Positions 39,421 through 52,848 of a stretch of DNA of 64,000 nucleotides are shown here, piece after piece. The position numbers were made by a program, and so were the translations under genes. Under the pieces are notes generated by a model. The model saw nothing but the letters and a program-made list of their open reading frames with translations, did no database searches and was not told where the DNA came from. The stretch lies in contig OX597822.1 of the NCBI GenBank assembly GCA_951406725.2, forward strand, positions 46,872,001 to 46,936,000, given 5' to 3'. How positions within the stretch are numbered: the first letter of the stretch is position 1; each line of letters opens with the position of its first letter. The stretch is from Octopus vulgaris (taxonomy: Eukaryota).

Positions 39421-39745
39421 GTGCATGGTTTAATGGTTAAGAGTATTTGGTTCACAATCATAGGGTCATGAGTTCAATATTTGTCAGTGCATTGTGTCCT
39501 TGAGCAAGACACTTCATTTCACTTTACTCCAGTCCACTCAGCTAGCAAAGTAAGTTGTACCTGATTTCACAAGGGCCAACCTTGTCACGTTCTGTGTCAT
39601 GTTGAGTCTCCCTGAGGACAACTATAAGGAAACACTTGTCTACGGAGTGCTCAGCCACTTGCATGTTAATTCCATGAGCGGGCTGTTCCGTTGATTGAAT
39701 CAACTTTAACATTTGTTGCCGTAACTGATGGGGAAGTAGCCAGCA
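39421..39745 (+). mobile_element. tRNA-derived SINE, second family with a CORE-like box (copies also at about 6996-7130 +, 25010-25140 -, 38505-38700 +, 49850-50170 -)
   Basis: A-box-like TGGTTTAATGG, B-box-like GAGTTCAAT, then tgtgtccttgagcaagacacttcatttcac shared among copies. Confidence 0.7.
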
Positions 39746-41779
39746 AGTCCTCATCATCATCATTTAACATCTGCTTTCTATACTGGCATAGGTTGGATGG
39801 TTTGACTGAGGACTGGTAAGCCAGGAGGTTGCACCAGGCTCCAATCTGACCTGGCAAGGTTTCTACAGCTAGATGCCCCCCTAATGCCAACCACTCCCAG
39901 AGTATAGTGGGTGCATTTTACATGTCACATGCTTAAATGGAACTTTTTACATGCCAGTGGCATGGGAATAGGATGGAAGGATGAGGACCGATGGGACACA
40001 AGTTGAGGACAGTAGAGGGATGTGGAAGGGATAACAGGTGATTAGTAATGATACAGTTGACAGAGAAATGGGGTGGGTAGGCTGCAGGAGCAAGGAGGTG
40101 AGGTAGTTTGGTTCATTGGTGGGTGGGGAAATTGGTTCTTCTATAGTTATAAATAGGTTCCATGGAAAGTAGATAATCTCCCTAATCTGATAAACCAAGG
40201 AAATGACAGTGTTTTATCATTTGTACAATGGCAGAAAGGTGTCATTAGGTAGGCCATCATTTTAATCAGTTTTCTATGGATGGATGCCCTTCCTGTTGCC
40301 AACCTTCATCTGTTCCCAAGTAAGGTCCTCATTGCCAAACATGTTTTTACAGAAGATTGGAAACAATGGATACTGTTTGTATGAAGGTAACTCATTTGCA
40401 ACTGTCATGTGATGTGAAAGCAAGGAGATAGTAAAACACACATAAGCACATGTAAAAAGCTTCTGTGCTGGTGCCACATAAGAACCACCCAGTACACTCT
40501 GTAAAGTGGCTGGCATTAGAAAGGGCATCCAGTCACAGAAACAATTCCAAAACAGAAGACGAGCCTGGTGCAGCTCTCTGGTTTGCCAACTCTTATCAAA
40601 CTGTCCAATCCCTGCTAGCATGGAGAACAGATGTTAAATGATGGTACACATATAACAGGCTTCTTTCAGTTTGTCTTCTAAATCCACTCACTCGCACAGG
40701 TTTGGTTGGCCCAGGACTATACTAGAAGGTACTTGCAGTGGGACTGAACCTGAAACCATGTGGTTGGGAAGCAAACTTCTTAGCACAAGGCCATGCCTGC
40801 AGAATATGTGTCAAGTCCTAGACAAGCCATTTTGCTTGACTCAATCAACCAATGTTCATGTCTTCTTCTTTGGTTGAGAGAATCCATACTACTTATTCAA
40901 TGTTTCTGTGACATTCTTCAGAATTGTGGCACAAGCAGAACTGAAGAACCAGGTTTCAGCAACATGCCTGCTATTTATTTAGTGTTATGCTAAACAGCAA
41001 AGTGTTTGGGGTCACCACAGAACGTTTTGTCTTTATAGGATGTCTTTCTATCCAGGATAAGTTAGCCTGGGGAACTTCCCATTCTCTGTTTCAGTCATTA
41101 GGCTGTGGTCATGCTGGAGCACTGCCTGGAAGAATTTTTGGTTGTACGAATAGACATCAGTAGTTCTTGTTAAGCCAGGTACTTATTCTGTTGGTCTCTT
41201 TTGCCAAACCAATAAGGTGGTCAAGTGGTTGTGGAAGACAAAGACACACATGTATGCATATCATCATCATCATCGTCGTTTAACGTCCGTTTTCCATGCT
41301 AGCATAGGTTGGACAGTTCAACCGGGGTCTGGGAAGCCAGAAGGCTGCACCAGGCTCCAGTCTGATCTGGCATTGTTTCTACAGCTGGATGCCCTTCCTA
41401 ACACCAACCACTCCGTGAGTGTAGTGGGTGCTTTTTATGTGCCACCGACACAGGTGCCAGGTGAGGCTGGCAACGACCACGATCAGTTGGTGCTTTTTAC
41501 GTGACACCGGCACGGAAGCCAGTCAAGGTGGCACTGGCATCAGCCATGTTCGGAGGGTGCCTTTTACGTGCCACCGGCACAGGGATCACAACTACAATTT
41601 CCATTGATTTTTGATGTTGATGTACTTGACTCAATAGGTCTCCTCAAGCATGGATCAAAACGGTATTTCTTTACTTGCCACCTGCACAGGAGTCAGTCCA
41701 GTGGCACTGGCAACTGCCAGGTGCCAGTCATAGGATTGGTTCAATTTTGATTCAGATTTCACTTGCATATATATATATA

Positions 41780-42303
41780 TTATGTAAAATCCATTCTGTC
41801 TGTCTGTGTGTATGTCTTTTAGGATCTCGGGCATCCTCCATCCGATTGTGCTCAAATTTGATATGTCCGACAGTATCAGGGCATGTATAAGTCTTGAAAA
41901 ATTACAAAAATCGATTCCAAGTGAGAATGCGATCGATAAAGCCGTGGGAACATGCATTTGTATGCGCAAGTACATCATCTGTTACGATACTATGCATGTG
42001 CAGTTTGCGGAAAAAAGCCGGCTGGCTTGAAATAATGCCACAAAATGCAGTATATTTAAGAGACCAAAAAAGTAAGATGCAAAAGAGATATTTTCTTCAA
42101 ACTTGGCATGAAGGAAAGAAAGACTATTTGGTTTCTCAAGAAGTTTTTTTTTTTTTGTTTTTACCTTAACTTCGTTTAACAAAACCAAAAATTTTATTGA
42201 AAATAAGGCATGCTTAATTGTTTTTTAATGAAAAGAAAACACTGATTGCTTTTTATTCAGCAGATATGATTCAGCACCATCCATTGGACGGGGGTGCGTT
42301 TTG

Positions 42304-42307
<4 letters not shown>
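41780..42307 (+). mobile_element. Probable non-autonomous Helitron-like element in a (TA)n tract
   Basis: 5' AT-rich start followed by ctgtctgtctgt and an atctcgg..ccgatt..aaattt core; 3' GC hairpin gcaccatcc/gggggtgc a few nt before a CTCAT end; CpG-rich relative to the flanks. Confidence 0.5.
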
Positions 42308-42341
<34 letters not shown>

Positions 42342-43814
42342 ATACACACGCACATATATACAGAATGGGCTTCTGCTATAGCCTCAGGCCAACCAAAGCC
42401 CTGTGAGATGATTCGGTAGATGGAAATTGGAAGAAGACACTTGCCCAAGGTACAATGCTGTGGGTCTGAACCCAAAACCATGCCTGTGTCACACGCACAC
42501 AGACGTGTATTAAAGTGATAAAGTTTTCCTAAAATAACGTGCAGTGATTCTCAACCTTTTCAAGAGAGTGAAAAAGTTCAGAACCTCTGCACATGTGATT
42601 TTAAGAGTTCCAACCATGGACCTCTTTCATTGATGTGAATTTTCCCCACAGACCCCCAAGGTTTTTAAAAGGTCTCTCTCTACTTAGTAAGTTTGTTTCA
42701 TAAACAAACAACAAACTCCTTTTCCTATGGAAATGAGTAGACTTTTTAAAATTTTGAACAGGAATCCCAGAATGGGAACTGCTATTCTAGCATGTCGAAT
42801 AACCACATACAGCTTCCTCAAGATAACTATGATGTAGTTTCAATCCCTAGTTGAAGCCAAGATTCACCTTGGAAAAGGCATGAATGTCACGGCAGTTTGT
42901 TTCTGCTCTAAAAGTATAGGTCTTTGTGCAATCACATAATTTGATAGCATGTACTATCATCATCGTCGTTTAACGTCTGCTTTCCATGCTGGTATGGGTT
43001 GACTGAGGACTGGTGAGCCAGATGGCTGTACCAGACTCCAATCTGATCTGGCAGAGTTTCTACAGCTGGATGCCCTTCCTAATGCCAACCACTGCGAGAG
43101 TGTAGTGGGTGCTTTTATGTGCTACCGACATGATTATTTTAACATTACGTACATTATTTACATTTGATGGATATGTGTCCTCATCTTGTTTAGAGTGGGA
43201 GAGAGAATGTTACCAAACACTCAGCAGATACTCATTTCCACTAAGTAGACAGGAACAACATGTAATGAATGAAGTGACTTGCTCAAGGAAAAGAAGTTCT
43301 GCTCTAACCACTAGGCCATGTGCCATTATGTACAGATGCATCTTCATTGTTTTAATGTCCACTTTTCCATGTTCACTTGGGTTGGATAGAATTTGTTGGA
43401 GCAGATTTTCTATGGCCAGCCTATCAAGTAAGGTAACCAGACATGTTTTCATAGAGCATTGGAAACAGACACTGCTTGTGTAACAGTGACACTCACTTAT
43501 AACTATCACACAATGTCAAGGCAAGGAGACAGTAACCTATACATACATACTCATATACATCTACCACATAAATGAGTGCATGTATGTATATATCACTAAA
43601 AGGCTCTGACATGGTGAGTCCTCAAGGAAAACATTTGACTTTTGTAATCTGCATCCCAAGAAGGTTTCCAGTAAATGATCAAAAAATATTTGAGATGAGA
43701 AATAACTCTAGTTTCAAATCACCAAATCTACCTCTCTCTGTCCTATTTGTTTTCTCTGTCTTTTATGCTTTCTCTCTCTCTCTCCCTCTCTCTCTCTCTC
43801 TAAATATATTTATT

Positions 43815-44868
43815 ATAATAATAATAATAATGAAATTATTGTATACAGTGCTCAGGTGCACCACAACTTGTCAAAAGTGCGTATAAAATGCAGTAATGTA
43901 CAAATGTCTGGAAAGTGAACAGTGTATGAGTCAGATACATGCTTGCGTGTGTATGGAGGGGAAAAAATCAGGTGTAGTGTTGGCGAATCTCAGGAAGCAT
44001 GGAAGTTTTGAAGGATGCTGTGCTCCGACAACTAACGACTGATGCCGGCAGTTTGTTCCATACTTCAGCAACTCTTAGCATGAAAAAATGTTTCCAAAAG
44101 TCATGGGAGCTGTGCTGTTTTCTGACTTTGTAAACATGTCCACGGGTGTTAGACAGGTGGAGTTTGAAAAGGTGCTCAGAGTTATTGTTTGTAAGATGGT
44201 TAATAATTTTATGGGTGTCTGCCAAGTCAGCTGCCAGACTTCAGAGTTTCAATGTATCCATGCCCAGGGAAGTAAGGCATTCAGAATATGGCAAATGCCT
44301 GATGGAGGGTATTCTCTTGGTTGCATATCGCTGAACGGCTTCCAGATGATTAATATCCTGGGCAAGATAGGGGTTCCAGACCGGTGATGCAAATTCCAGG
44401 TAAGGTCACACAATAGCTATATAAAGCTGCAGATAGATAGCCAGAGAGTGGCTCACAAAAGGAACTGGTGAGTGATGCCAAAACACCCTCAGCCTTCTTG
44501 GCAATTTTAGCAATGTGTTTTGTCCAATGCAAATTGCTGTCAACAATAATGCCCAGGTCACGTTCACAAGAAGACTTTTTGAGATTAGTGTTGTGGAGGG
44601 AGTAAGAAGATGCTGGGTTTTTTCTCCCAAAATGCATGGTGGTACATTTGTCCATAGCCAGCTTGAGTTGCCAGTTCGTGATCCACTGCTGCATTATGTC
44701 CAGGTCTGATTGCAATAAAGATCTATTGTGTACAGGATCTGTCCTCTTTATTTCAAGGTACAGCTTGATGTCATCTGCATATTTCAGCACTGTGGCATTC
44801 TTTAAGTTGGCATCTATGTCATTAACATATGCAGCAAATAAAAGGGGGCCAAGAACAGATCCCTGTAC
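43815..44868 (-). mobile_element. 5'-truncated CR1/L2-group LINE (RT C-terminal half to 3' tail)
   Basis: QGSVLGPLLFAAYVND, KYADDIKLY, ERDLGIIVD, TRGHVYK...FF..RV..VWNKLP; (ATT)n tail at 43815-43831. Confidence 0.9.
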
Positions 44869-45567
44869 CATGCTTGAATGGTGCTTTTTACATGCCACTG
44901 ACAATTTTACATGCATATTGCTGATGCTAAGTGTGTATCAGTGTGTTTGCATGTGTTTAAGGAATTTTATTAGGGCAACAGGGTCCAAGGACCTACACAA
45001 ATCATTCTCAGCAAGCTCAGGAGACAGCTGCATAAGACCAGGAATAGACAATATGCAAACACTAGCCTTCATTACATGATCTCAGGAGACCTCCAAGAAT
45101 GGGATGCATTGATTAGATAATAAGGATACAAGAGCCCCCATCACATAGACTCCGAAGACAATGTACCATTCCAATTCAAACTACTTCAATTTCAGTAAGT
45201 CTTAGTTTTTGCTGATTTTCTCACCTTGACAAGCCCTGCTTCTCCCACGGTCAGCTTTACATTGGATGTTCAACAGTAGCAAGTGAGAAAATTTTTTACA
45301 GCTATTCACTGAAAGGAGACATAAATTGCCCCAAATAATGCAGAAATCTAACCTGTTCAAGAGGCCTATCCATCGAAGAAGACATGGTTTGACATGGAAT
45401 AAAAAAAAATAATTGAAATAAAGACATTCTCTTGTGAAAATTGCCTGGCAACAATGGGCTACTCAGCTAGTATACACACACACACATGTGTATCTGTGTG
45501 TGTGTCTATATATATGTGTGCAGGTGTGTATGTATGTATACATTATATACATATATATATATGTATG

Positions 45568-45602
<35 letters not shown>

Positions 45603-46118
45603 AACAGACTATCAAATTCACTCACATGGCTTTGGCCAGCCTGGGTTCATGGTAGAAGACACATGCCCAAGGTGCCATGCATTGGAACTGAACCTGAATC
45701 CATATGGTTGGGATCAAACTTCTTATCACAGTGCCCCATCTGCACCTCTTCTCACTACACATCCAACCATGTATACATGTACATGTATCTCTGTCCGTAT
45801 CTATACACCCATTCGTGAATGTACATATTTGTATGCATCTCTCTCTCTCATGTGTATATATATATATATATATATTTATATAAATTATAAATATTATTAC
45901 AGTACAATATTTTCTAGCGAAATATAGCACCATAAAGGTAGAATTACAAATAGGAAATAGTTGCACAACAAGGTACTAATTTTTGCTGGAAATAGCAGTC
46001 GATAACCGTACGATGCTATGTAGAGCTTCACTGAGTGTATAGCAGCAAAGACGTGTGCAGGCATATATATATGAATATATATGCATGCATGCTGAGCAGA
46101 CAGACAAAAATGTATCAA

Positions 46119-46190
46119 TTTTTTCATCTTTTGTTTTAATTACTTCATCATTATGTTTTTTTCATCTTTTGTTTTAATTACTTCATCATT
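46119..46190 (+). repeat. Tandem duplication with a 38-bp period
   Basis: ttttttcatcttttgttttaattacttcatcatt occurs twice. Confidence 0.85.
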
Positions 46191-46815
46191 GTTTAACCAA
46201 GCACAATAATTTTCCACATGAAATTTCAAATTATAAAAAGTCTCCATGTGCAGTGTTACATTATTAACATTTTAAAAGTATTTTGGTTTTCTATCCTGAA
46301 TGAAAAAATATTTGTGGAATTTGTTCTTGTTTATATCTATTTACTTATATACTCTTTTTGTTTTTTTTTATAAGAAGACATGGAAATGCTATTTACGATA
46401 TTTCAACATGTATAAGGAACCCTTTTTTTTTTTTTTTTTGTCAAAATTTAGGTTCAAAAAGTATACGAGTTTCTTACACATGGATAGTATTATAATCCCT
46501 TACAAAACATTTTTCCAAATTTTAAGCCCCAAAAATTAAGGGGTTCCTTATACACATTAAAATACGGTATATAACAAATGAGAGATCTTTTTCAACCTGC
46601 CTTTTTTTTCTTTCATCTTTTACTACTCTCAGTCACTGGAATGGTTTTTAGTTAAACAAATCAACCCCAGAAATTATGTTTTTATGTCTGTACTTATTTC
46701 CTCCGTATCTGTTGCCGAACTGTCAAATTAAGAGAATGTCAACAAACCAACACTAGTTGTCAAGCTGTGAGAGTGGTGGGGAGACAGACTCAGGCACACA
46801 GAGAAATATACATAC

Positions 46816-46851
<36 letters not shown>

Positions 46852-46873
46852 CGATAAAATATGCACATACATA

Positions 46874-47038
46874 GGTGCAGGAGTGGCTGTGTGGTAAGTA
46901 GCTTGCTTACCAACCACATGGTTCTGGGTTCGGTCCCACTGCATGGCACCTTGGGCAAGTGTCTTCTACTATAGCCTCAGGCCAACCAAAGCTTTGTGAA
47001 TGGATTTGGTAGATGGAAACTGAAAGAACACCTTCGTG

Positions 47039-47069
<31 letters not shown>

Positions 47070-47265
47070 TTATCTGTGTGTCTGTGTTTGTCCCCACCAA
47101 CATCACTTGACAACCAATGCTGGTGTGTTTACATCCCCGTCACTTAGCAGTTCAGCAAAAGAAACTGAGAGAATAAGTACTAGGCTTACAAAGAATAAGT
47201 CCTGGGGTCAATTTGCTCGACAAAAGGCAATGCTGTAGCATGGCCGCAGTCAAATGACTGAAACA
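46874..47265 (+). mobile_element. Near full-length tRNA-derived SINE with internal (TA)n; opposite-strand copy at about 51175-51590
   Basis: A box TGGCTGTGTGG, B box GGTTCGGTCCC, gcaccttgggcaagtg core; ends cagtcaaatgactgaaacaag. Confidence 0.85.
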
Positions 47266-47387
47266 AGATATACACACACACATGTTTATGATGGGCTTTG
47301 ACACAATTTCCATCTAACAAATTTACATACAAGGCATTGGTCAGCCTGCAGCTATAGATGAAGACAACTTGCCCAAGGTGCCACACA

Positions 47388-47397
47388 ATGAACTGAA

Positions 47398-47442
<45 letters not shown>

Positions 47443-47449
47443 GAACTGA

Positions 47450-47505
<56 letters not shown>

Positions 47506-47602
47506 GAACTGAACATTTTATATTTATATATATATATATATGAAATGAACTGAACATATTTATTTTATATATATATATATATATATATGAAATGAACTGA
47601 AC

Positions 47603-47644
<42 letters not shown>

Positions 47645-47772
47645 GAACTGAACATTTTATATATATATATATATATGAAATGAACTGAACATTTTATATA
47701 TATATATATATGAAATGAACTGAACATTATATATATATATATGAAATGAACTGAACATTTTATATATATATA
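47388..47772 (+). repeat. Compound satellite: 9 copies of GAAATGAACTGAACAT separated by variable-length (TA)n
   Basis: Copies at about 47388 (variant), 47438, 47501, 47542, 47589, 47640, 47677, 47712 and 47743. Confidence 0.95.
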
Positions 47773-50394
47773 ATTGCCAATCATGTGTGGCATCCTATAC
47801 AGCACAATACTACTGGCATTTATAGCCCCAGGAAAACATCTCCAGCTGGCTAATGACACACATCCTGCATCCAATTAATATTTGCGAGGAGAGGTCATTG
47901 CTCCCATCTCCAGCCTTACGTGACACACACAAACTCGAGTTTCTGGGTGGTTATCCGTCCTCAGCGTGTGTGAATCCCAAACTAGTGATGAAAACTCATT
48001 CAACTCGCAAAATACTAAGTGCTTTTTCCAGCAACAAACTGTCGCTGATCCACAAATGTTGTCCTGTTGCTTGTGTAATACTAGGGTCGAATTTTATACG
48101 GGTCCTATGGAAAATCCCAATTTTTTGGCCAAAAATAGGGTGTCAACTTTTATATGATCAACTATTACTCAGGTTCACGTTCCTCCAGTTAACTCAGCTG
48201 TAGAAATGAGTTGTGACATCACTGGTGCCAAGCTGTATCAGCCTTTGCCTTTCCCTTGGATAACACCAGTGGCATGGAGAGGGGAGGCTGGTATGCATGG
48301 CTGACTGCTGGCCTTCGATAAACAACCTTGCCTGGGAGGGTAACTTTCTAGGTGCAATCCCAGGGTCTGTCATGACCGAAGAGGGTCTCAGCTTTTGGCT
48401 ACTTTTTCTGTTGAGTTGTGCACCTAAGCACTGTATACAATAAATTCATTATTATATTTTATTCAAACACAACTAAAATCAATGAATTTTTGTCTGTTAT
48501 TCTGCATGTCAGGTGATGATGGACTGTGGACGTTTATGTCACACAAACAGCATCTCGAAAATAGATGGCAAGTAATAATAATGATGACGTATATTTGAGA
48601 CTAGACTTCTTCAGGATCAGAAACCACTGCTATCAAAATGCTACAGAAAACAAGTAATTCCTGTTACTTAACGTGAATCTAACTTTAATCCAACAGCAAA
48701 TATACCAGGTGTAACCAGTACACAAGACAAACTCATCAGCCAGCCAGCCAGCCTGCTATCATTTGACAATTTCCTCTATTGTCGTTGGTGGCAAGAATGT
48801 GTGTGTGTGGGTCTTTTCGACGCAGATAACGTGCTATGTCATAATTTATTTGTATTCCAGGTGGAAGGTAGCATTTTCAGTAAACCCCCATCAGTAGACA
48901 GATTTAAATAAAACACAAAATGGTAATATGGAAGGAAAATAAAGTAGGTGTGTGTGTGTGTATTTAAACAAATTAATTAGTCAGAAGAGAAGAGGCAAAG
49001 CCTATGACATTTCCATGTCTTGACAGACTGGTTAGATGGATGTGGTAGATATGGCTGATGTTTAATTTGAACTTCTGTAGGTGTTTGTTGACATCTGTAG
49101 CAACAAAAGGTAAAACACACAAAAAAAACTACATATGTTGGCAGGTGTGAGTCTGTTCAGAGTTGCTTGGGGAATCCTGGGACAACAGGGAATTCCAAAG
49201 GGGTGCAGCTCTGGGGAGGTCAGTTCAAAGTGTTTGGTAAAGAAGAGAAGATCTAAGCTATAATACAAAGGAGGGATGACAAAAACAGGGGTGATTGCAT
49301 TGGGTTCGTCAACATGGTATACAGCATGACAGTTCAGAGAAATGGTGACTATTCTCTCTTTCCCCTCTCTCTTTTGAACCCCGGAGCTCATAAAACCAGA
49401 TATTGAATTAGTTTCCATGGCTTATAAGTGACTGAAATTATGATGCTCCCTTCAGGATGGGACACCAGTCCATTGCAGAGTTTACTTCCAGCTTTTGCTA
49501 GACCAAGACACCACCTGGTACAGGAATTGAAATCACAATCTTATGACCATTAGTGCAACACTCTAATCACTTGACCATACACATTCACTGGTGTCCATTC
49601 TGGTGTAGTAATAAAAACAGGAAAAGCTGATCTGAATGACAAAGATTAGAGTATGTTGTTAAATGAATTTTTTTCAATTAAATCAATGGATTTCTTTTGG
49701 ATGTGGCTCAAAATGTTTGTGCATATGTGCATGCCTGTCTCATGGTAGAAATAGCATTGTCCCAGATATATGGATCTTATCTATAGGCAGCCAGCAACTG
49801 GTTAGTGTTGAAATATTTTATGGCTCTGCAGTGAAATTCTAACTCATATATATAGGAGCACTCCATCAGTTACGACGACGAGGGTCCCAGCTGATACAAT
49901 CACCAAAACAGCTTCCTTGTGAAATTAACGTGCAAGAGGCTGAGCAATCCACAGACACATAACCTTAACATTGTTCTTGGGGAGATTCGGCGTGACATAG
50001 AGTGCGACAAGGCTGGCCCTTTGAAATACAGGTACTACTCATTTTTGCCAGCTGAGTGAACTGGAGCAACATGAAATAAAGTCTCTTGCTCAAGGACAAT
50101 ACATGTTCCTGGGAATTGAACACACAACCTTAGAATTATGAGCCAAATGACTTAACCATTAAGCCACACACCTTCATATATATATATATTCTTTTACACG
50201 TTCCTGTCATTTGACTGCAGCCCTGCTGGAGCACTACCTTAAAGGGTTTTACTCAAAGAAATCAACCAAGGACTTATTCTTTGTAAGCCAAGTACTTATT
50301 CTATCCCTTTATTTTGCCAAACTGCTAAGTTACAGGGACATAAACACACCACCATCAATTACCAAGCGATGGTGAGGGAACAAGCACAGATATA

Positions 50395-50437
<43 letters not shown>

Positions 50438-50438
<1 letters not shown>

Positions 50439-50666
50439 TTTATTTTAAGCAGCAGAAAATTCAACAAAATCTGTTACTCTGAGTTTCTCGTTGCCGTTCA
50501 TCAGACAGTTTTTGCTAGAAAAAACTGTCTGATGAACGGCAACGAGAAACTCAGAGTAACAGATTTTGTTGAATTTTCTGCTGCTTAAAATAAAGCATAT
50601 TACTCTACCACTGGTATTTGAGTACTCTTTTTTCCACCTTGTTTCACATTTATGTGTTTACTCCGG
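50438..50666. mobile_element. Penelope-type terminal-repeat fragment with an inverted copy (76-bp-arm palindrome 50438-50595) inserted in (TA)n
   Basis: 50438-50513 is the exact reverse complement of 50520-50595 (loop GCTAGA); the sense copy continues to 50666; (TA)n on both sides. Confidence 0.75.
50520..50567 (+). ncRNA. Minimal type I hammerhead ribozyme motif (mirror copy on the minus strand, 50513-50466)
   Basis: CTGT-CTGATGA-ACG(GCAA)CGA-GAA-ACTC(A)GAGT-A^ACAG: stem I CTGT/ACAG, GNRA-capped stem II, palindromic stem III, GUA cleavage triplet ending at 50558. Confidence 0.75.
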
Positions 50667-50680
50667 TATATATATATATA

Positions 50681-51076
50681 TTATAGTTGGGTAGGCCAGT
50701 TTAGGGGGCTGTCTTCCTTTGGCTGTTGGTTTCTGGCTGTGGTGCCGCCATGCAGATTACAAAAAGCCAGCAGGAATTTTCTAAAATGCAAGCATGGTTC
50801 AAAATTCTCCGTCCTGGTGTTCAGGATGATCCCTGGCATGAGTGAGTCTTCAAGGATCCTTATGCATTGTTCTTTAGTGACTGCAAGATGGCAGTCCAAC
50901 TGAAGATCGATGGACAATAGCAAAGGGAGATGATCACCTAAATGAGGCTTTCTCCCTCCATATTTTAAAGAGGTCTCAGGCCAGCAGTGTTTGGGATCTA
51001 AAGAAACACTGTAAGGCTAGGCTCCTTATGAGCAAGAAACCCAAGGTAACCCCATAAGCTGGCCTACCCACTATAA
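50681..51076. mobile_element. MITE with about 27-bp TIRs in a TA-rich site
   Basis: ttatagttgggtaggccagtttagggg ... ccccataagctggcctacccactataa. Confidence 0.7.
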
Positions 51077-51390
51077 TATTAATTGCTCTACATTTTAGAG
51101 TGTAATTCTCCTCTAGGTTTATGTATTTCGACAATCGATCTGATATATATATATATTTATATACTCTCTTTTACCGTTTTACTTGTTTCAGTCATTTGAG
51201 TGCAGCCATGCTGGAGCACCACCTTTAGTCAATCAAATCGACCCCAGGACCTATTCTTTGGAAGCCTAGTACTTATTCTATCATTCTCTTTTGGCAAACC
51301 GCTAAGTGACAGGAACATAAATACACATCAGTATCGGTTGTCAAGCGATGTTGGTGGGACAAACACAGACACACATATACATACATACAT

Positions 51391-51431
<41 letters not shown>

Positions 51432-51771
51432 ACGGGCTTCTTTCAGTTTCCGTCTACCAAATCCACTCACAAGGCTTGGGTCGGCCCTAGGCTACAGCAG
51501 AAGACACTGGCCAAAAGTGTCACACAGTGGGACTGAATTCAAAACCATGTGGTTGGTAAGCAAGCTACTTACCACACTGCCACTCCTGCACATTATATAT
51601 ATATATATATATATATATTCTTTATTTGTGGGTTAACAAGCCTGCCACATGTGAATGTTGGTACTTGTCTCGAGTACAAATGTTCCTCTGCAGGAGACTT
51701 GATAACTGTTAAGAGATTTCCCTCTTTATGAAAACAATGGTAGCCTTAATACAAAAATAAAGAATATTTAT

Positions 51772-51842
51772 TTACATTTGATGGATATTTGTCCTCATCT
51801 CGTTTGTTGTTAACACACCATTTCTTAAATATAGAACTGTAT
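51772..51842. mobile_element. Short copy of the 37457 element family with a 14-bp TSD
   Basis: TAAAGAATATTTAT at 51758-51771 and 51843-51856; same ttacatttgatggatatttgtcctcatct start and cttaaatatagaactgt end. Confidence 0.75.
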
Positions 51843-52627
51843 TAAAGAATATTTATCCACTAATGCAGTGTTGAACACTCATTCTCACTGCTTGATATTA
51901 ATATATATATCATCATCATCGTTTAACGTCTGCTTTCCATGCTGGCATGGGTTGGACAGTTTGACTGAGGACTGACAAGCCAGCAGGCTGCACCAAGCTC
52001 CAATCTGATCTGGCAAAGTTTCTACAGCTGGATGCCCTTCCTCACACCAGCCACTCCAAGAGTGTAGTGGGTGCTTTTTACATGCCTTAGCATGGTTTGG
52101 GAGGCAGTCAGGCAGCACTGGCATTAACCACGCCTCAGTGCCATTGGGTTTCTGCACATACAAGGCATTGGTTGACCTGGGGCAATAGTAGAAGAAATTA
52201 GCTCAAGTGGGACTGAACCCCAAACTATGTAGCATGGCTGCAGTCAAATGACTGAAACAAGTAAAAGAGTAAAATATATATATATATATATATGTCCATA
52301 TGTATGTTTGTGTATTTGTTTGTCACCCCACACCCTCTTGCTTGACAATCAATGTTGGTTTGTTTATATTCCTCTGTAACTTAGCGGATTGGCAAAAGAG
52401 ACCAATAGAATAAATACCAAGTTTGACTCAAACTCTTCCGCACTCTTACCCACATCATACCACTACCCATCCTATGTTACTGAAAGTTAGTAGCACATAA
52501 CATACCACTAATCTCCACTCTGTCCACCCTCAGCTGTTATCTCCAGTGGTACATCTATCACATCCCACATTCATACTACAAACAACAGCTTCAACTTACA
52601 TCAACAAATTTCTCTTGATTAAATTAA

Positions 52628-52848
52628 CCCTTTTGATACCAACCTGGCTGAAACCAGCTCTAGCTCTGAGTACGAATGTTTTGTTTTCATAAGTTTTGTA
52701 TTAAAATCTTCCATCAAACCTTATTCACAATTTATGTTCCTCACACTAACTTAATGATAACTAAGTTATTTTACTAAATTCTTTGTTATATTTAAAATTA
52801 ATTGAAAGAAACAGAGAGTATCTCAATATAAATTCAGTAACGAAAGGG
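52628..52848 (+). mobile_element. piggyBac-type MITE
   Basis: TTAA|CCCTTTTGATAC ... GTAACGAAAGGG|TTAA. Confidence 0.85.

Noticed and set aside
45454-45966. Long ORFs rich in Y/I/C/V/H/T (also at 47560, 51200 and 53616)
   Set aside because: Produced by stop-free (TA)n and (CA)n microsatellites plus SINE sequence.
47388-47772. CRISPR-like repeat-spacer pattern
   Set aside because: Spacers are only (TA)n, the repeat is 16 bp and SINE-derived, there are no cas genes, and the context is eukaryotic.
48514-48600. C-box-like GTGATGA/ATGATGA suggesting a C/D snoRNA
   Set aside because: No properly placed CTGA D box or terminal stem.
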